Position numbers and translations under genes: made by a program
The notes under the pieces: model-generated
The model's database searches: none
What the model was told of the DNA's origin: nothing
What the model saw: only the letters and a program-made list of their open reading frames with translations
In this document: positions 9,216 to 19,017 of the stretch, piece by piece
Layout of the letters: each line of letters begins with the position of its first letter
Position numbering within the stretch: the first letter of the stretch is position 1
Assembly (NCBI GenBank): GCA_023248635.1
Contig: JAHFED010000033.1
Span: forward strand, 1 to 63,627
Length of the DNA: 63,627 nt
Source of the DNA: Myxococcales bacterium
GTDB lineage: Bacteria > Myxococcota > UBA727 > VGSZ01
Direction of reading: 5' to 3'

Positions 9216-10220
9216 TCAGCGGGGGCGCAGGCGCGACAGGGCGCGTTTGGCGTCCTTGAGCTTCTCGGCCTTGGGGTAGGAACTCACCACCTCGTCGTAG
9301 AGGGCTTCGGCGAGGGCGGGCTCACCCAAGGCTTCGTGGGATTGGGCCATGCCGAACAGCCCGTCGGCGATCTTTGGGCTGCGGGGAAAGCGCGCGGGCA
9401 ACTTTTGCCAGGCGTCGATGGCTAAGCGGTGGTCGCCCTTTTGTTGGTGGCACCAGCCGATCCAATACAGGGCGTTGTCGGCGAGGTCGTGGGTCGGGAA
9501 GCGGCCGACGACGTCTTCGAAGGCGGCGATGGCCTCTTGGTGGCGGCCCTCTTTGAGGCGGGCTTGTCCCCAGGCGTAGAGGTCCGATGCCGACGACAGG
9601 GCAGCCAGGGGGTCGGCGTCGTCGGCCTCCACCGTGCCGCGCTGGTCCCCGCTCATGCGCAGGGTGACCGCACCCTCGTCGCTGTCGTCGACGATGTCGG
9701 CAACCACCTCGGGTGTAGGTGCACCGCGCTCGATGTCGATGCTGGCCTGCCGATCGGGCTCGAGGTCAATGGGCTGTTGCTCGCCGCGCGGCATGTCGAA
9801 GCGCAAGGGACGGGGCCGCGGCGGGCCGGCCGGCGCGGTGTCTGCGCGGGCGACCAAGAGAGCGAGCTTGCTGTCGACGTCGACGATCTTCTTTTCGAGC
9901 CGGGCCACCCGATCGCGCAAGAGCACGACCTCCGGATCAGGAGCCGCCGTCGTCGTCGTCGTCGGGGCCGCCGCGGTCGGCGTGAAGCAGGCGCCGGTGA
10001 GAAGGACGAGGGCGGCACCAAGGGTGTGGCTGAAGCCTGGAGGGCGCCCCCCACCGTGCCCGCCAGCGGCCGACGTGTGGTCACATCTCCCCCGGCCCCT
10101 GGGGGGAGATGGCTTGCTTTGAGCATCGAGAAAGGACGGATCGCCAGCCGTTGCGGGAGAGGGTCGCCGCTGCGGCGGGGTGAGGGGACCGTTGGACGAG
10201 CTCGAGTGGTGACGGGACAT
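9216..10220 (-). CDS. TPR-repeat lipoprotein, YbgF/CpoB-like (coiled coil + C-terminal TPR)
   Basis: Lipobox-like LLTGAC, coiled coil (LRDRVARLEKKIVDVDSKLALL) and C-terminal TPRs (YAWGQARLKEGRHQEAIAAFEDVV...ALYWIGWCHQQKGDHRLAIDAWQKL). The true start is uncertain. Confidence 0.5.
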   Translation of the reverse strand: MSRHHSSSSNGPLTPPQRRPSPATAGDPSFLDAQSKPSPPRGRGRCDHTSAAGGHGGGRPPGFSHTLGAALVLLTGACFTPTAAAPTTTTTAAPDPEVVLLRDRVARLEKKIVDVDSKLALLVARADTAPAGPPRPRPLRFDMPRGEQQPIDLEPDRQASIDIERGAPTPEVVADIVDDSDEGAVTLRMSGDQRGTVEADDADPLAALSSASDLYAWGQARLKEGRHQEAIAAFEDVVGRFPTHDLADNALYWIGWCHQQKGDHRLAIDAWQKLPARFPRSPKIADGLFGMAQSHEALGEPALAEALYDEVVSSYPKAEKLKDAKRALSRLRPR

Positions 10221-10357
10221 GCCAGGCTAGGGTGCTCCGCGCCGACATCTCGCGCAAATTCAGTGCTCTGCCGGTCGGCCACAATACCAGCGGATGTGCG
10301 CTGACCCAGGCTGCCCGCGGTCGACGTCGCAGGCGTCGTCGGACTAGCTTCGCCGCG

Positions 10358-13291
10358 ATGCGCGACTGGCTCCTCGATGCGCTGCAGATCCGCGAAGGAG
10401 AGCTTCGTCGGGTGTCGAGCCTCGCGCTCTATCTCGTGCTCGCCGTCTCGACCTTCATCACCGGCCGCATCGCGCGCGACGCACTCTTTCTGACGGCCTT
10501 TCAGAAGGAAGACCTCGCATACATGTACATTTCGGTTGCCATCATGGTGCCGATTCCAGCCTATCTTTTTGCGCGCATCGCCGATCGGTTTCGGCGGGAC
10601 AAGATGCTGGTCGTCACGTTGATGGCGACGGTCGTCTTCATGGGCGTCGTGCGCGGCTTGCTCCTTTCGAAGCAGCCCTGGGTCTACATACTACTGTACA
10701 ACTTCGTCGAAATCTACGGCACTTTCCTGATCCTTCAATTCTGGACATTCGCCGGCGATTTGTTTTCCTCGCGCGAAGCCAAGCGCCTATTTCCCATCGT
10801 CTCAGCCGGCAGCGTCGTCGCCGGCATCGTCTGCGGTCTGGCGGTCTCGGGACTGGTGCGGGCCATTGGCACCGACAACTTGCTGCTGGTGCAGATGGGC
10901 CTGCTCTCCCTCGCTGCCGTCGTCATCGCGCGCCTGGGGCATGCCGAGCGTGGGCGCCTGCGCGAAGCCGTCGTCAAACAACATGTGGGGCCGCGGCGAA
11001 AGACCAAGCCCGAGTTTCACGTGCGCGTCGAGACCAAGGGCGTCTTTCAGAGCAAGCACCTGCGCATCATCGCCGCGATGACAGTGGCCACCTTCGTGAC
11101 GGTGCCGCTCATCGACTACCAGTTCAAGGTGTTGGTGAAGGAACACTTCACCGCGGCCGCAGCTGCCGGCGGCCCTGGCGTCGTCGACACCGACGCCATG
11201 AGCGCGTTCATGGGGCTGTTCTCCGCCGTCACGGGCGTCATCGCCGCCGTCATGCAGCTCGGGTTCACGGGCCGCATCCTCGAGCGTTTCGGCGTGGTGT
11301 TTTCGCTGCTGCTCTTGCCCTTCACCCTGCTCGCGGGCCTGTTGTCGATGCTCGGGGGATTGCTGCAGGCCTTCGCCGCCGCCGTATTCACCAAGGGCGC
11401 CGAGAACTCATTTCGCTACAGCATTTATGATGCGACCATGCAGGTTCTATACACTCCAGTGCCATCAAATGTGCGCGGGCGCGCCAAGACCGTGATCGAC
11501 GGGATCATCAAGCCCGTCGCCGGAGGATTCGCTGGAGCTGTCATGGTGCTGCTGGTGGGTCCGATGCATGTGCCCGTCACCAGCCTTGGTGCTGTTGCTG
11601 TTGCTTTGGTCTTGTGCTGGGTCGCGCTGATTTTTCGCATGCGAGGGGAGTACGTCAAGGAGCTCTTGGCCACGCTGCGCAAGCGCAAGCTCGACTTCAC
11701 CGACAGGAACCTGGTCATCAACGACGTCGCGGCTGTCAACGTCTTGCGCCAGCGCTTGAGCTCTCCCGAGGATGGCGAGGTGAGAAATGCCATCGAGCTC
11801 TGCCGCCGGGTGCAGGGCCACGATCTCTCGCCTGAGCTCGCGCGCTTGCTCGAGCACAAGAATCCAGAGCTGCGCATCGGTGCCCTGGAGATCCTCGGCA
11901 CCCGGCATCTGGCCGTGGACCTGGAGCTGATCGAGGCCCGTTTCAACGACGACAACGACGACGTCCGCGCTGCCGCCATTCGGGCTTTTTGCGCGCTGGT
12001 GGGCGAGCCGGCCGTCGCCATCGTCGAGCCTCATTTGCGCAGTGCCTCGCCCGCGGTGCGCGGGGCAGCCGTGGCCAGCATCATCCGCCACGGCGGCCTC
12101 GAGGGCATTCTCCACGCCGCCGACGACCTCAAGGCCATGCTGTCCTCTCAGGATGAGAGCGTTCGCTATGCCTGCGCCCAGGTGCTGCAAGAGGTCGGCT
12201 TTCAGCGCTTCTATGCACCCGCCCAGAAGCTGCTTGCCGACGAGAGCCCGCGGGTGCGCACCGCCGCTATCGCTGCCGCCGGCGCCATGCGCGCTCCTGA
12301 GCTCGTGCCCACCCTCATCTACAAGTTGCGCCACAGAGACACCCTGCGGGCCGCGCAGATCGCCCTCGCTCAATACGGTGACGAGGTCATCGAGACCCTC
12401 GATCGTGTGCTGGCGCAGCCCAAAGAAGACCCGACCTTGCGCCGGCAGATCCCGCGCATCCTCGAGCGCATTGGCAGCAAGCGCGCCCTCGAGATCTTGA
12501 TGCAGCACCTCGACGTCGACGACGGCGAGACCCGCAAAGAAGTCGCGCGGGCCACCTCGCGCCTGCGGGAGCGCCTCGGAGCCACCATCGACGAAGCCCG
12601 CGTCAAGAGGCTCGTCGTCGTCGAAGTGCAGCGTCACTACCAGCTGCTGGCCATGGTCTTTGACCTGCGCGAGCTCGCCGACGACCCCCGCGATCTGCTG
12701 CGCGATGCTCTCGACGAACGCCAACGCAAGAGCCTCGACCGCATCTTCCGCCTGCTCGCCACCGTGCACCCACCCAAGGCCATCGAGACCATCTGGGGCA
12801 ACCTGACGTCGTCGGCGCCGGCCCTGCGGGCCAACGCCGTCGAAGTGCTCGACAACCTGCTCGACGCCGACGACAAGCGCCGCCTCTTGCCCATCGTCGA
12901 AGCCGCTGGTGAGCGCAGCCTCGACAACGCCGCCGCCAACCGGGCTCTGGAGCGCGTGCTCGAGCGCGGCACCGAGCTGTACACCCTAGAGCGCAAGAAG
13001 CCCGAAGAGTGGTTGCAGGAGCTCTTGCGCGGCGACGACGAATGGCTGTGCGTCTGCGCTCTGCACGTGGTGAAGCAGTTGAGCCAGCGGCGCCTCATCG
13101 ACGACGTCGCCGTGCATGTGCGCGCCCGCTCGCCGCTCGTCCGCGAGACTGCCTTCCTGTCATTGGGCGTGCTCGATCAGCCGCACCATTTCTTGAAGCG
13201 CTGCGCGGGGATCGAAGACGAAGACGTTCGGGTGCAACGGGCTTTGGTGCACCTGCGCGCCGAGGCCGAGAAGGCGTTGGCGGCGGCGTAG
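10358..13291 (+). CDS. TLC (ATP/ADP-translocase-like, Npt1/Npt2-type) membrane transporter domain fused to C-terminal HEAT repeats
   Basis: The N-terminal ~460 aa have multiple TM helices and resemble the TLC family (ITGRIARDALFLTAFQKEDLAYMYISVAIMVPIPAYLFARIADRF). The C-terminal ~500 aa carry repeated HEAT-like units (PELRIGALEILG; DVRAAAIRAF; PAVRGAAVASIIRHGG; ESVRYACAQVL; PRVRTAAIAAAGAM). I took ATG 10358 (MRDWLLD) as the start. Confidence 0.65.
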   Translation: MRDWLLDALQIREGELRRVSSLALYLVLAVSTFITGRIARDALFLTAFQKEDLAYMYISVAIMVPIPAYLFARIADRFRRDKMLVVTLMATVVFMGVVRGLLLSKQPWVYILLYNFVEIYGTFLILQFWTFAGDLFSSREAKRLFPIVSAGSVVAGIVCGLAVSGLVRAIGTDNLLLVQMGLLSLAAVVIARLGHAERGRLREAVVKQHVGPRRKTKPEFHVRVETKGVFQSKHLRIIAAMTVATFVTVPLIDYQFKVLVKEHFTAAAAAGGPGVVDTDAMSAFMGLFSAVTGVIAAVMQLGFTGRILERFGVVFSLLLLPFTLLAGLLSMLGGLLQAFAAAVFTKGAENSFRYSIYDATMQVLYTPVPSNVRGRAKTVIDGIIKPVAGGFAGAVMVLLVGPMHVPVTSLGAVAVALVLCWVALIFRMRGEYVKELLATLRKRKLDFTDRNLVINDVAAVNVLRQRLSSPEDGEVRNAIELCRRVQGHDLSPELARLLEHKNPELRIGALEILGTRHLAVDLELIEARFNDDNDDVRAAAIRAFCALVGEPAVAIVEPHLRSASPAVRGAAVASIIRHGGLEGILHAADDLKAMLSSQDESVRYACAQVLQEVGFQRFYAPAQKLLADESPRVRTAAIAAAGAMRAPELVPTLIYKLRHRDTLRAAQIALAQYGDEVIETLDRVLAQPKEDPTLRRQIPRILERIGSKRALEILMQHLDVDDGETRKEVARATSRLRERLGATIDEARVKRLVVVEVQRHYQLLAMVFDLRELADDPRDLLRDALDERQRKSLDRIFRLLATVHPPKAIETIWGNLTSSAPALRANAVEVLDNLLDADDKRRLLPIVEAAGERSLDNAAANRALERVLERGTELYTLERKKPEEWLQELLRGDDEWLCVCALHVVKQLSQRRLIDDVAVHVRARSPLVRETAFLSLGVLDQPHHFLKRCAGIEDEDVRVQRALVHLRAEAEKALAAA

Positions 13292-13301
13292 CGCAGGGGG
13301 A

Positions 13302-14111
13302 TCAGGCCGGTCGTGCTTGCCCGCCTGGGTTGGTGAACAGTGGCAACAAGGTGACCATCGCCGACGTCAGCGCTCCCACCAGAGCGGCGGCGATGGCGAT
13401 GACGAAGACGCCCACGAAGGTCGGCGGGTGGGCGCCATTTTCCAGCATCAACGCGTAGATGGTGCCGGCGATGACGATGAAGACCGCCGGAAACGCAGAC
13501 TTGCGGGGGATGCCCCGTTGCAACACCAGTTGGAGCAAGAGCAACAGGGCAGCGGCACCGGCGACGATGATCATGGGGGGGTCGGCGGGACGCACCAAGA
13601 TGTGCAGCGGCCCCACCAGCGCGCCGCTCTCGGTGCTCAGCTTGAGGTGAAGGGGGTGACCCTGGGCCTGAGCGGGCAATCCGTGGCCACGTTCCATCTG
13701 GGCGACGACGACCTGCGCGTGTCCCCGCCGGCCCATGCGGCGACTCTCGAGGTGTTGCTCGAAGCGGCCGGCGATGGGGGGCAGCGTTTCACCGTCGGCG
13801 TCGACGTCGATGACGTAATCCCCGCTGGCGGCGCCTTGTTGCTGAGGATCGAAGGCACCCGAGACGACGACGACGGCGGCCTGGTTGATGGCCGGCACGT
13901 CGAGCGTGCCGAGCCGGGGCAGCTCACCGCTGGCCAGCGCTGCGCCCGGAGCAGCGACGTCGAGGCCGATGATCGCGGCCCCCACGCTGGTGGCCAGGGC
14001 GACCCCAGCGACGAGGGCCCGACGTTGTTGACGACCACTGAGGACGGTGCGGGCGACCAACAAGCCGGCCAACGCAGGCAGCACGACGGCGACGGCGGCG
14101 ACGATGTTCAT
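13302..14111 (-). CDS. hypothetical membrane protein
   Basis: N-terminal TM (MNIVAAVAVVLPALAGLLVA), a soluble middle segment, and two C-terminal TM helices. Start placed at ATG 14111. Confidence 0.35.
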   Translation of the reverse strand: MNIVAAVAVVLPALAGLLVARTVLSGRQQRRALVAGVALATSVGAAIIGLDVAAPGAALASGELPRLGTLDVPAINQAAVVVVSGAFDPQQQGAASGDYVIDVDADGETLPPIAGRFEQHLESRRMGRRGHAQVVVAQMERGHGLPAQAQGHPLHLKLSTESGALVGPLHILVRPADPPMIIVAGAAALLLLLQLVLQRGIPRKSAFPAVFIVIAGTIYALMLENGAHPPTFVGVFVIAIAAALVGALTSAMVTLLPLFTNPGGQARPA

Positions 14112-14213
14112 GGGCACTCCGTTTCTGGTGCTCGGACAAGCACCTCCGCCCGTCAAGCGCCCGCCTCGATGTTCGGGGGCAGACACAAGCGAACGTCACA
14201 GAAAGTGCCGGGA

Positions 14214-15614
14214 TCAGGTGTTCGGGGTGCGGGCGGCGCTGATCCCCGCGGGGAAACCCGCATGCCCGCCATCGTCCATGAACTGCCATTGCGCGCGGTT
14301 GTGGGCGTTGGGCCCCGAGCCGTAGCGGCGATAGCTGCTGCCATCGCTGCCGGTTTCCATGGGGTTCTCGTTTGCCCGCGGCCCGCCGACGTCGACGTGT
14401 CGGAAGCGGCTGCCGAAGACGCTGGCGTCGCCGAAGTGGGCATCGCGGCCGGCGTCGTTGGTGCCGCGGAAGAAAGCGACGTCCTGGGCTGCTCGGCCGT
14501 TGTCGGTGTCGGCCCAGCCACGAATGGCGCTCTCTTGGCCGTAGAGGCAGTCGAGCAGCTCGAGGCGATCGGCGCGCAAGCCGGCGCCGTCGGGCTGGTG
14601 CCGCAGAGCCGAGGCAAGGGCCTGACCTCCGGCGGAGTGGGCAGAGACGACCTGGGTGCCGACGTTGCTGATGCCGGCGCTGGCGAGGGCGCTGTCGGTG
14701 GTGGCGGCCTGCGAGCTCACGTTGCCCCAGTCCGTGTGGTATTGGCGGCGCGAGGCATTGTCGCGCGTCGACAACATCAAGCGCGTGTTGCTGCACTCCG
14801 GCAGCACGAAGACGGTCTGCGGATCGGCGGCTTGCACCTCTTGGATGCGCACGGTGCCGCCGCCGGCGCTGCCGCGGGGCTCGGCAACGGTCCCGTTCCA
14901 CCCGTGATAGTGGGTGTGCACGCGGGCGGGCTGAGCAGGGTTGAAGCCTGGGGGAACGACGGTGAGCACAGGCTGGCCACCGTTGCCCTCGGGATTGCTC
15001 ACCACCAAGCGTCCGCCACGCGTCAGCGTGTCTCCAAAGTTGGTGCGCGCGTTTTCGATGGTGTTGGCCGTCCGTTGACCCGTGGAGCCGCTGGCGCGCA
15101 GGTCGGCGAGCTGCTGGGGCGTGACGGTGGCGACGTCGTAGCCGTTGCTGACCGTGGTGGCAGGGCCGGTGGGGCCGATGGCAGGGGCGGTGGGGGTTGG
15201 CGTCGTCGGGTTCGGCGTCGGCGCGGCGGGCAAAGGCGGGTCTCCCCGGCGGGCGGGCGGATTCCCCACGGCAGTGGCGGCTTGGGGTGAAGGCGACGCA
15301 GGCGTGCGTCGCAGCTCGCGCAGGGTCTCGGGGCCAACGATGCCGTCGCGGGCGATGTGCTGGCGCGTCTGGAAGGCGAAGACGGCGTCGTGGGTGGCGC
15401 GATCGAAGCGTCCCGTCACGGGTAGGTTCAACTGCGACTGCAGCTCCGAGACTGCCTCGCCCCTGCTGCCTTCGTGCAGCCAGCCCGCGCGCCCACTCTG
15501 GATCTGCCGATCGAGGGCCCCCGGCGTCGACGCAGCCGGCGCCGTCGGCGTCGGGTCTTTGCTGTGCGAGCTGGCAGGGACACCGCCGGGGCGAACGCTG
15601 AGGGGGTCGGTCAT
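14214..15614 (-). CDS. peptidoglycan-binding (PG_binding_1) domain protein with Pro/Thr-rich linker and uncharacterised C-terminal domain
   Basis: N-terminal segment GSRGEAVSELQSQLNLPVTGRFDRATHDAVFAFQTRQHIARDGIVGPETLREL matches the PG_binding_1 pattern. The rest is unassigned. Confidence 0.5.
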   Translation of the reverse strand: MTDPLSVRPGGVPASSHSKDPTPTAPAASTPGALDRQIQSGRAGWLHEGSRGEAVSELQSQLNLPVTGRFDRATHDAVFAFQTRQHIARDGIVGPETLRELRRTPASPSPQAATAVGNPPARRGDPPLPAAPTPNPTTPTPTAPAIGPTGPATTVSNGYDVATVTPQQLADLRASGSTGQRTANTIENARTNFGDTLTRGGRLVVSNPEGNGGQPVLTVVPPGFNPAQPARVHTHYHGWNGTVAEPRGSAGGGTVRIQEVQAADPQTVFVLPECSNTRLMLSTRDNASRRQYHTDWGNVSSQAATTDSALASAGISNVGTQVVSAHSAGGQALASALRHQPDGAGLRADRLELLDCLYGQESAIRGWADTDNGRAAQDVAFFRGTNDAGRDAHFGDASVFGSRFRHVDVGGPRANENPMETGSDGSSYRRYGSGPNAHNRAQWQFMDDGGHAGFPAGISAARTPNT

Positions 15615-15733
15615 GTTGGCTCCTGGGCCTGGGTTATCGCCCGGGCGCTCGCAGGGTGCTCGATCCTCGGCGTGGGTCGTCCCGATGGCTGATGAGCGCT
15701 GCCCCTACACGTCAGCGTCGAGGCGTTGCTGGG

Positions 15734-17110
15734 TCAGCGGCCAGCAAGGGCCCAGGCGAGGCCCGGCGCGCACGAGAGCACGATGACGGCGAACAAAAGC
15801 AGACCGGTGGCCGTCAGCGCGCCGAAGGTGCTCTGGCTGCGGGTCTCGCTCGCCTGCGCGAAGAGATCGGGCAGCAGGCGCAGGTAGTAGACGATGCCCA
15901 AGACGCCGCCGACGGCCGCAATCGACGTCGCTGCTGCGCCCCAACTGCTCCAGGCTGCTTGCAGGATGGCCAGCTTGGTCCAAAAGCCGGGAAAGGGCGG
16001 CACACCGGCCAGCGAGAGCAGGGCGACGATGAGGCCGATGGCGCGCGCGGGTCCGAGCTGCACGCTGCCGCCCGGCTTGAAGGCCGACAGGGGCAAGGCG
16101 CCAGTGCCCGTGCCGGCGAGACAAGCAAAAGCCAGCAGAGCCGCAGCGCCGTAGCCGACGACGTAGAAGGCCACCGTTTGGGTGCTACCTCCCAGTGCGC
16201 TGCTGCCGCTGGCGACACCGAGGGCAAGGAAGCCCGCGTGGGCGACGGCGGAGTAGGCCAGCAGGCGGCGCAGGTCGGTCTGGGCGAAGGAGGCGACGAC
16301 GGCGAAGGAGATGGTGACCAGTCCGATGCCCAGCATCGGCACCGTGAGGACCTCTCCCGCTCCCGAGACCACGCGGGCCAGCGCGATGGCCGCACCCAGC
16401 TTCGAGACCACCATGATGAAGCCGACGAACGACGACGGACCCGCGGTGTAGGCGTCGAGGGCGCCGAAGTGCACCGGCACCACCGCGAGCTTGAAGCACA
16501 AGCCCACCGCAAAGAGGCCGACGCCGACGACGGCGAAGGGTCGCATGCCGGCTGCTACGGCTCCCAGGGCGGGGACGTCGAGCGAGCCTGTGGCCAAAAA
16601 GCACAAGGACATGCCGAACAAGAGGGTCGCGAAGGTCACGGCGGTGAGCACGAAGTACTTGAAGCCGGCCTCGAGCGGACGTTGTCCCTGGCCCAAGGAC
16701 ACCAGCGCGGCGCCAGAGAGAGAGAGCATCTCGACGCCCAGCGCGAGCTCAAGCAGGTTCTTGCCGTCGACGAGGACGACGGCGCCGATGCCCCCGACCA
16801 AGAGCAGGGCGGCTGCCTCGGGGGTCTGCCGACGTTCAAAGAGCTCCGCCGACGACAAGAGCAACATGCCGATGACGAGGACGCCGCCGGTGGCCACCAG
16901 GCCGAGACGCGCCAACCCGGCCTCTTGCATGCCCAAAAGGATGGCGGCGACGGCGACGCCGATGCCGATGCCGGCGGGAATCACGCGCGAGCGATCGATG
17001 CGCGGCGCGAGACCGAGCACCAACAAGCAGCCGACGACGAGGACGACTTCGGCGGCGTGGGTCAGCGACATCATCGTGCCCGGGAGCCAGGGCAGGGGAA
17101 CACCGTTCAT
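15734..17110 (-). CDS. nuoN: NADH-quinone oxidoreductase subunit N (NuoN/ND2 antiporter-like subunit)
   Basis: 14-TM antiporter-like subunit with LAYSAVAHAGF and FKLAVVPVHF motifs. At 458 aa it fits NuoN better than NuoM. Start overlaps the nuoL stop by 4 nt. Confidence 0.75.
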   Translation of the reverse strand: MNGVPLPWLPGTMMSLTHAAEVVLVVGCLLVLGLAPRIDRSRVIPAGIGIGVAVAAILLGMQEAGLARLGLVATGGVLVIGMLLLSSAELFERRQTPEAAALLLVGGIGAVVLVDGKNLLELALGVEMLSLSGAALVSLGQGQRPLEAGFKYFVLTAVTFATLLFGMSLCFLATGSLDVPALGAVAAGMRPFAVVGVGLFAVGLCFKLAVVPVHFGALDAYTAGPSSFVGFIMVVSKLGAAIALARVVSGAGEVLTVPMLGIGLVTISFAVVASFAQTDLRRLLAYSAVAHAGFLALGVASGSSALGGSTQTVAFYVVGYGAAALLAFACLAGTGTGALPLSAFKPGGSVQLGPARAIGLIVALLSLAGVPPFPGFWTKLAILQAAWSSWGAAATSIAAVGGVLGIVYYLRLLPDLFAQASETRSQSTFGALTATGLLLFAVIVLSCAPGLAWALAGR

Positions 17111-19017
17111 GGCTGGGCTCCCGGCTCAGGGCGTGGCTTTTGGGGTCGGGGCGGGCCGTCGACGGGTGCGCCAAAGGGCGACGTCGGACGAATGCGCGGT
17201 TGTTTCTTGACCCCTTCGCGAATGCGGGGCGCAATGTCTTTGGCGCCACGTTCCTTCTTCGGACGCGGTGGGGCCTCACCCGCGCGCTGGGGCAGAGCGG
17301 CGGAGGGAGTGCGCAAGGTCAGGCCGCCGACGACGGCGACGCCCAACATGGTGATGAGCAGGTAACGTCCCACGCGCCCCGAGTGGATGGCAGCCACGCC
17401 CTGGGGCAGCACCTTGAGCTCGGACACCAGAGTGCCCGCGAGCAGCCCTCCTGGCACCGGCAGCCCCTTTTCGGGTCGCTGCGCCAACCAGCGACCGACG
17501 ACGACGAAGCCTGCGGCTCCCAGGGCAAAGGCACCGAGTCCCAGGGCCGTCGGCATGATGTGGACTTCGGCGCCGGCCTCGGCAGCGTGCAGCACTGACT
17601 TGCCCACGAGGGTGGAGAGCAGGTGCGTGCCCGCCTCGAAATAGCCGAGCACGACGGCGCCGACGGCCAGAGGGATGAGGGGAAGATCGAAGCCGCCCAG
17701 ATGCCCCGCGTGCTCATGGGCATGCTTGCTGGCCGAGCCTTCGACGCCGTGGAAGAGCCCGAAATAGAGGCGGCCGGCGTAGGCCCCCGTGACAAGCGCC
17801 CCCACCATCAGGGCCCAAGACACCCAGGGCGCGCCGTGGTGCTGTGCAGCTTCGAGGATGGCGTCTTTGGAGAACGACCCCGAGAGAAAGGGCGTGCCGA
17901 TCAAGCACAGCGATCCAATCAGAAAGAACGCGTGCGCGCCCTTCAAGTGCTTGCGGAGTCCGCCCATCTTGCGGATGTCTTCTTCATGGTGGGCGGCGTG
18001 GATGATGGTGCCCGCCGACAAGAAGAGCATGGCCTTGAAGGCCGCGTGGGTGACGAGGTGAAAGAAGGCGGCAAAGGGAGCGCCGACGCCGACGGCGACG
18101 AACATCCAACCCAGCTGCGACGCCGTCGAATAAGCGATGCCGCGCTTGAAATTGGTCTGCCACAGCGAAGCCAATCCGCCCAAGAGCGCGGTGCTCAGGC
18201 CCGTGACGACGACGACCGTCATGATTTCGGGGGTGAGGGCCAGCAGGGGCGACACGCGCACCAGCAAATACACGCCGGCAGCGACCATGGTGGCGGCGTG
18301 AATGAGAGCAGACACTGGCGTCGGACCGGCCATGGCCGCGGGCAACCAGAACCACAGGGGTCCCTGGGCGCTCTTGGCGCAGGCGGCGATGACGAGGCAC
18401 AGCGCGATCAAGGTCGCGCCTCCGGTGGCATGGGGCGCAGTCGTGGCCAGGCTGTCGAGGGCGCCGGCGCCGACGGGCATGGCGACCGCCGCCACCAGCA
18501 GAGCCGCGTCGCCGATGGCGTTGGCGCCCAGGGCGAGGAAGCCGGCCTGCAGCGGTTCACCGCGCTGCCACCAAAAGGAGATCAACAAGAACGAAGCGAT
18601 GCCGACGGCGGTCCACCCAGCCAACAAGACCGTGAGGTTGCCGGCGACGACGAGCAAGCACATGGCGGCGACGAAGAAGTCGAGGAAGGCGAAGAAGCGG
18701 TGGGCCCGCTCGTCCTCCTTCATGTACGCGATGGCATAGACGAACACGCAGGAGGCAACGCCGCCGACGACGGCCAACATCACTGCTGCCAAGCCGTCGA
18801 CGCTCAAGCGAAAGGCGCTGTCGGGAAGAAAAGGGATCCAACCCTCGTGCACGACAGAGACGGTCTGGCGGTCGCCGAGCAACCACACCAAGGCGGCAGC
18901 CAAGATCGCCAGCGGTCCGACGAAGCTTGCGGCCCCTGGCTTCTTGGGAAAGCCGAAGACGTTCAGCACCAAAAAGGGCAGCGGAAAGAGAAAGCACCAC
19001 GGCAGCAGAGTGGTCAT
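17107..19017 (-). CDS. nuoL: NADH-quinone oxidoreductase subunit L
   Basis: NuoL signatures (AWTAVGIASFLLISFWWQRGE; PTPVSALIHAATMVAAGVYLL; AYSTASQLGWMF). Start at ATG 19017 (MTTLLPW); the upstream 118 codons of the track ORF run into nuoK and are not coding. Low-complexity C-terminal tail. Confidence 0.85.
   Translation of the reverse strand: MTTLLPWCFLFPLPFLVLNVFGFPKKPGAASFVGPLAILAAALVWLLGDRQTVSVVHEGWIPFLPDSAFRLSVDGLAAVMLAVVGGVASCVFVYAIAYMKEDERAHRFFAFLDFFVAAMCLLVVAGNLTVLLAGWTAVGIASFLLISFWWQRGEPLQAGFLALGANAIGDAALLVAAVAMPVGAGALDSLATTAPHATGGATLIALCLVIAACAKSAQGPLWFWLPAAMAGPTPVSALIHAATMVAAGVYLLVRVSPLLALTPEIMTVVVVTGLSTALLGGLASLWQTNFKRGIAYSTASQLGWMFVAVGVGAPFAAFFHLVTHAAFKAMLFLSAGTIIHAAHHEEDIRKMGGLRKHLKGAHAFFLIGSLCLIGTPFLSGSFSKDAILEAAQHHGAPWVSWALMVGALVTGAYAGRLYFGLFHGVEGSASKHAHEHAGHLGGFDLPLIPLAVGAVVLGYFEAGTHLLSTLVGKSVLHAAEAGAEVHIMPTALGLGAFALGAAGFVVVGRWLAQRPEKGLPVPGGLLAGTLVSELKVLPQGVAAIHSGRVGRYLLITMLGVAVVGGLTLRTPSAALPQRAGEAPPRPKKERGAKDIAPRIREGVKKQPRIRPTSPFGAPVDGPPRPQKPRPEPGAQP

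Noticed and set aside
9117-9216. Intergenic palindromes between convergent genes (gccgggc-cag-cccggggc) as bidirectional terminator
   Set aside because: They are plausible but short, with no U-tract and no supporting data. Too weak to list as a feature.
13317-15290. 657-aa plus-strand ORF
   Set aside because: It has low-complexity acidic/Gly-rich sequence. The minus strand carries a convincing PG-binding domain and a membrane protein.
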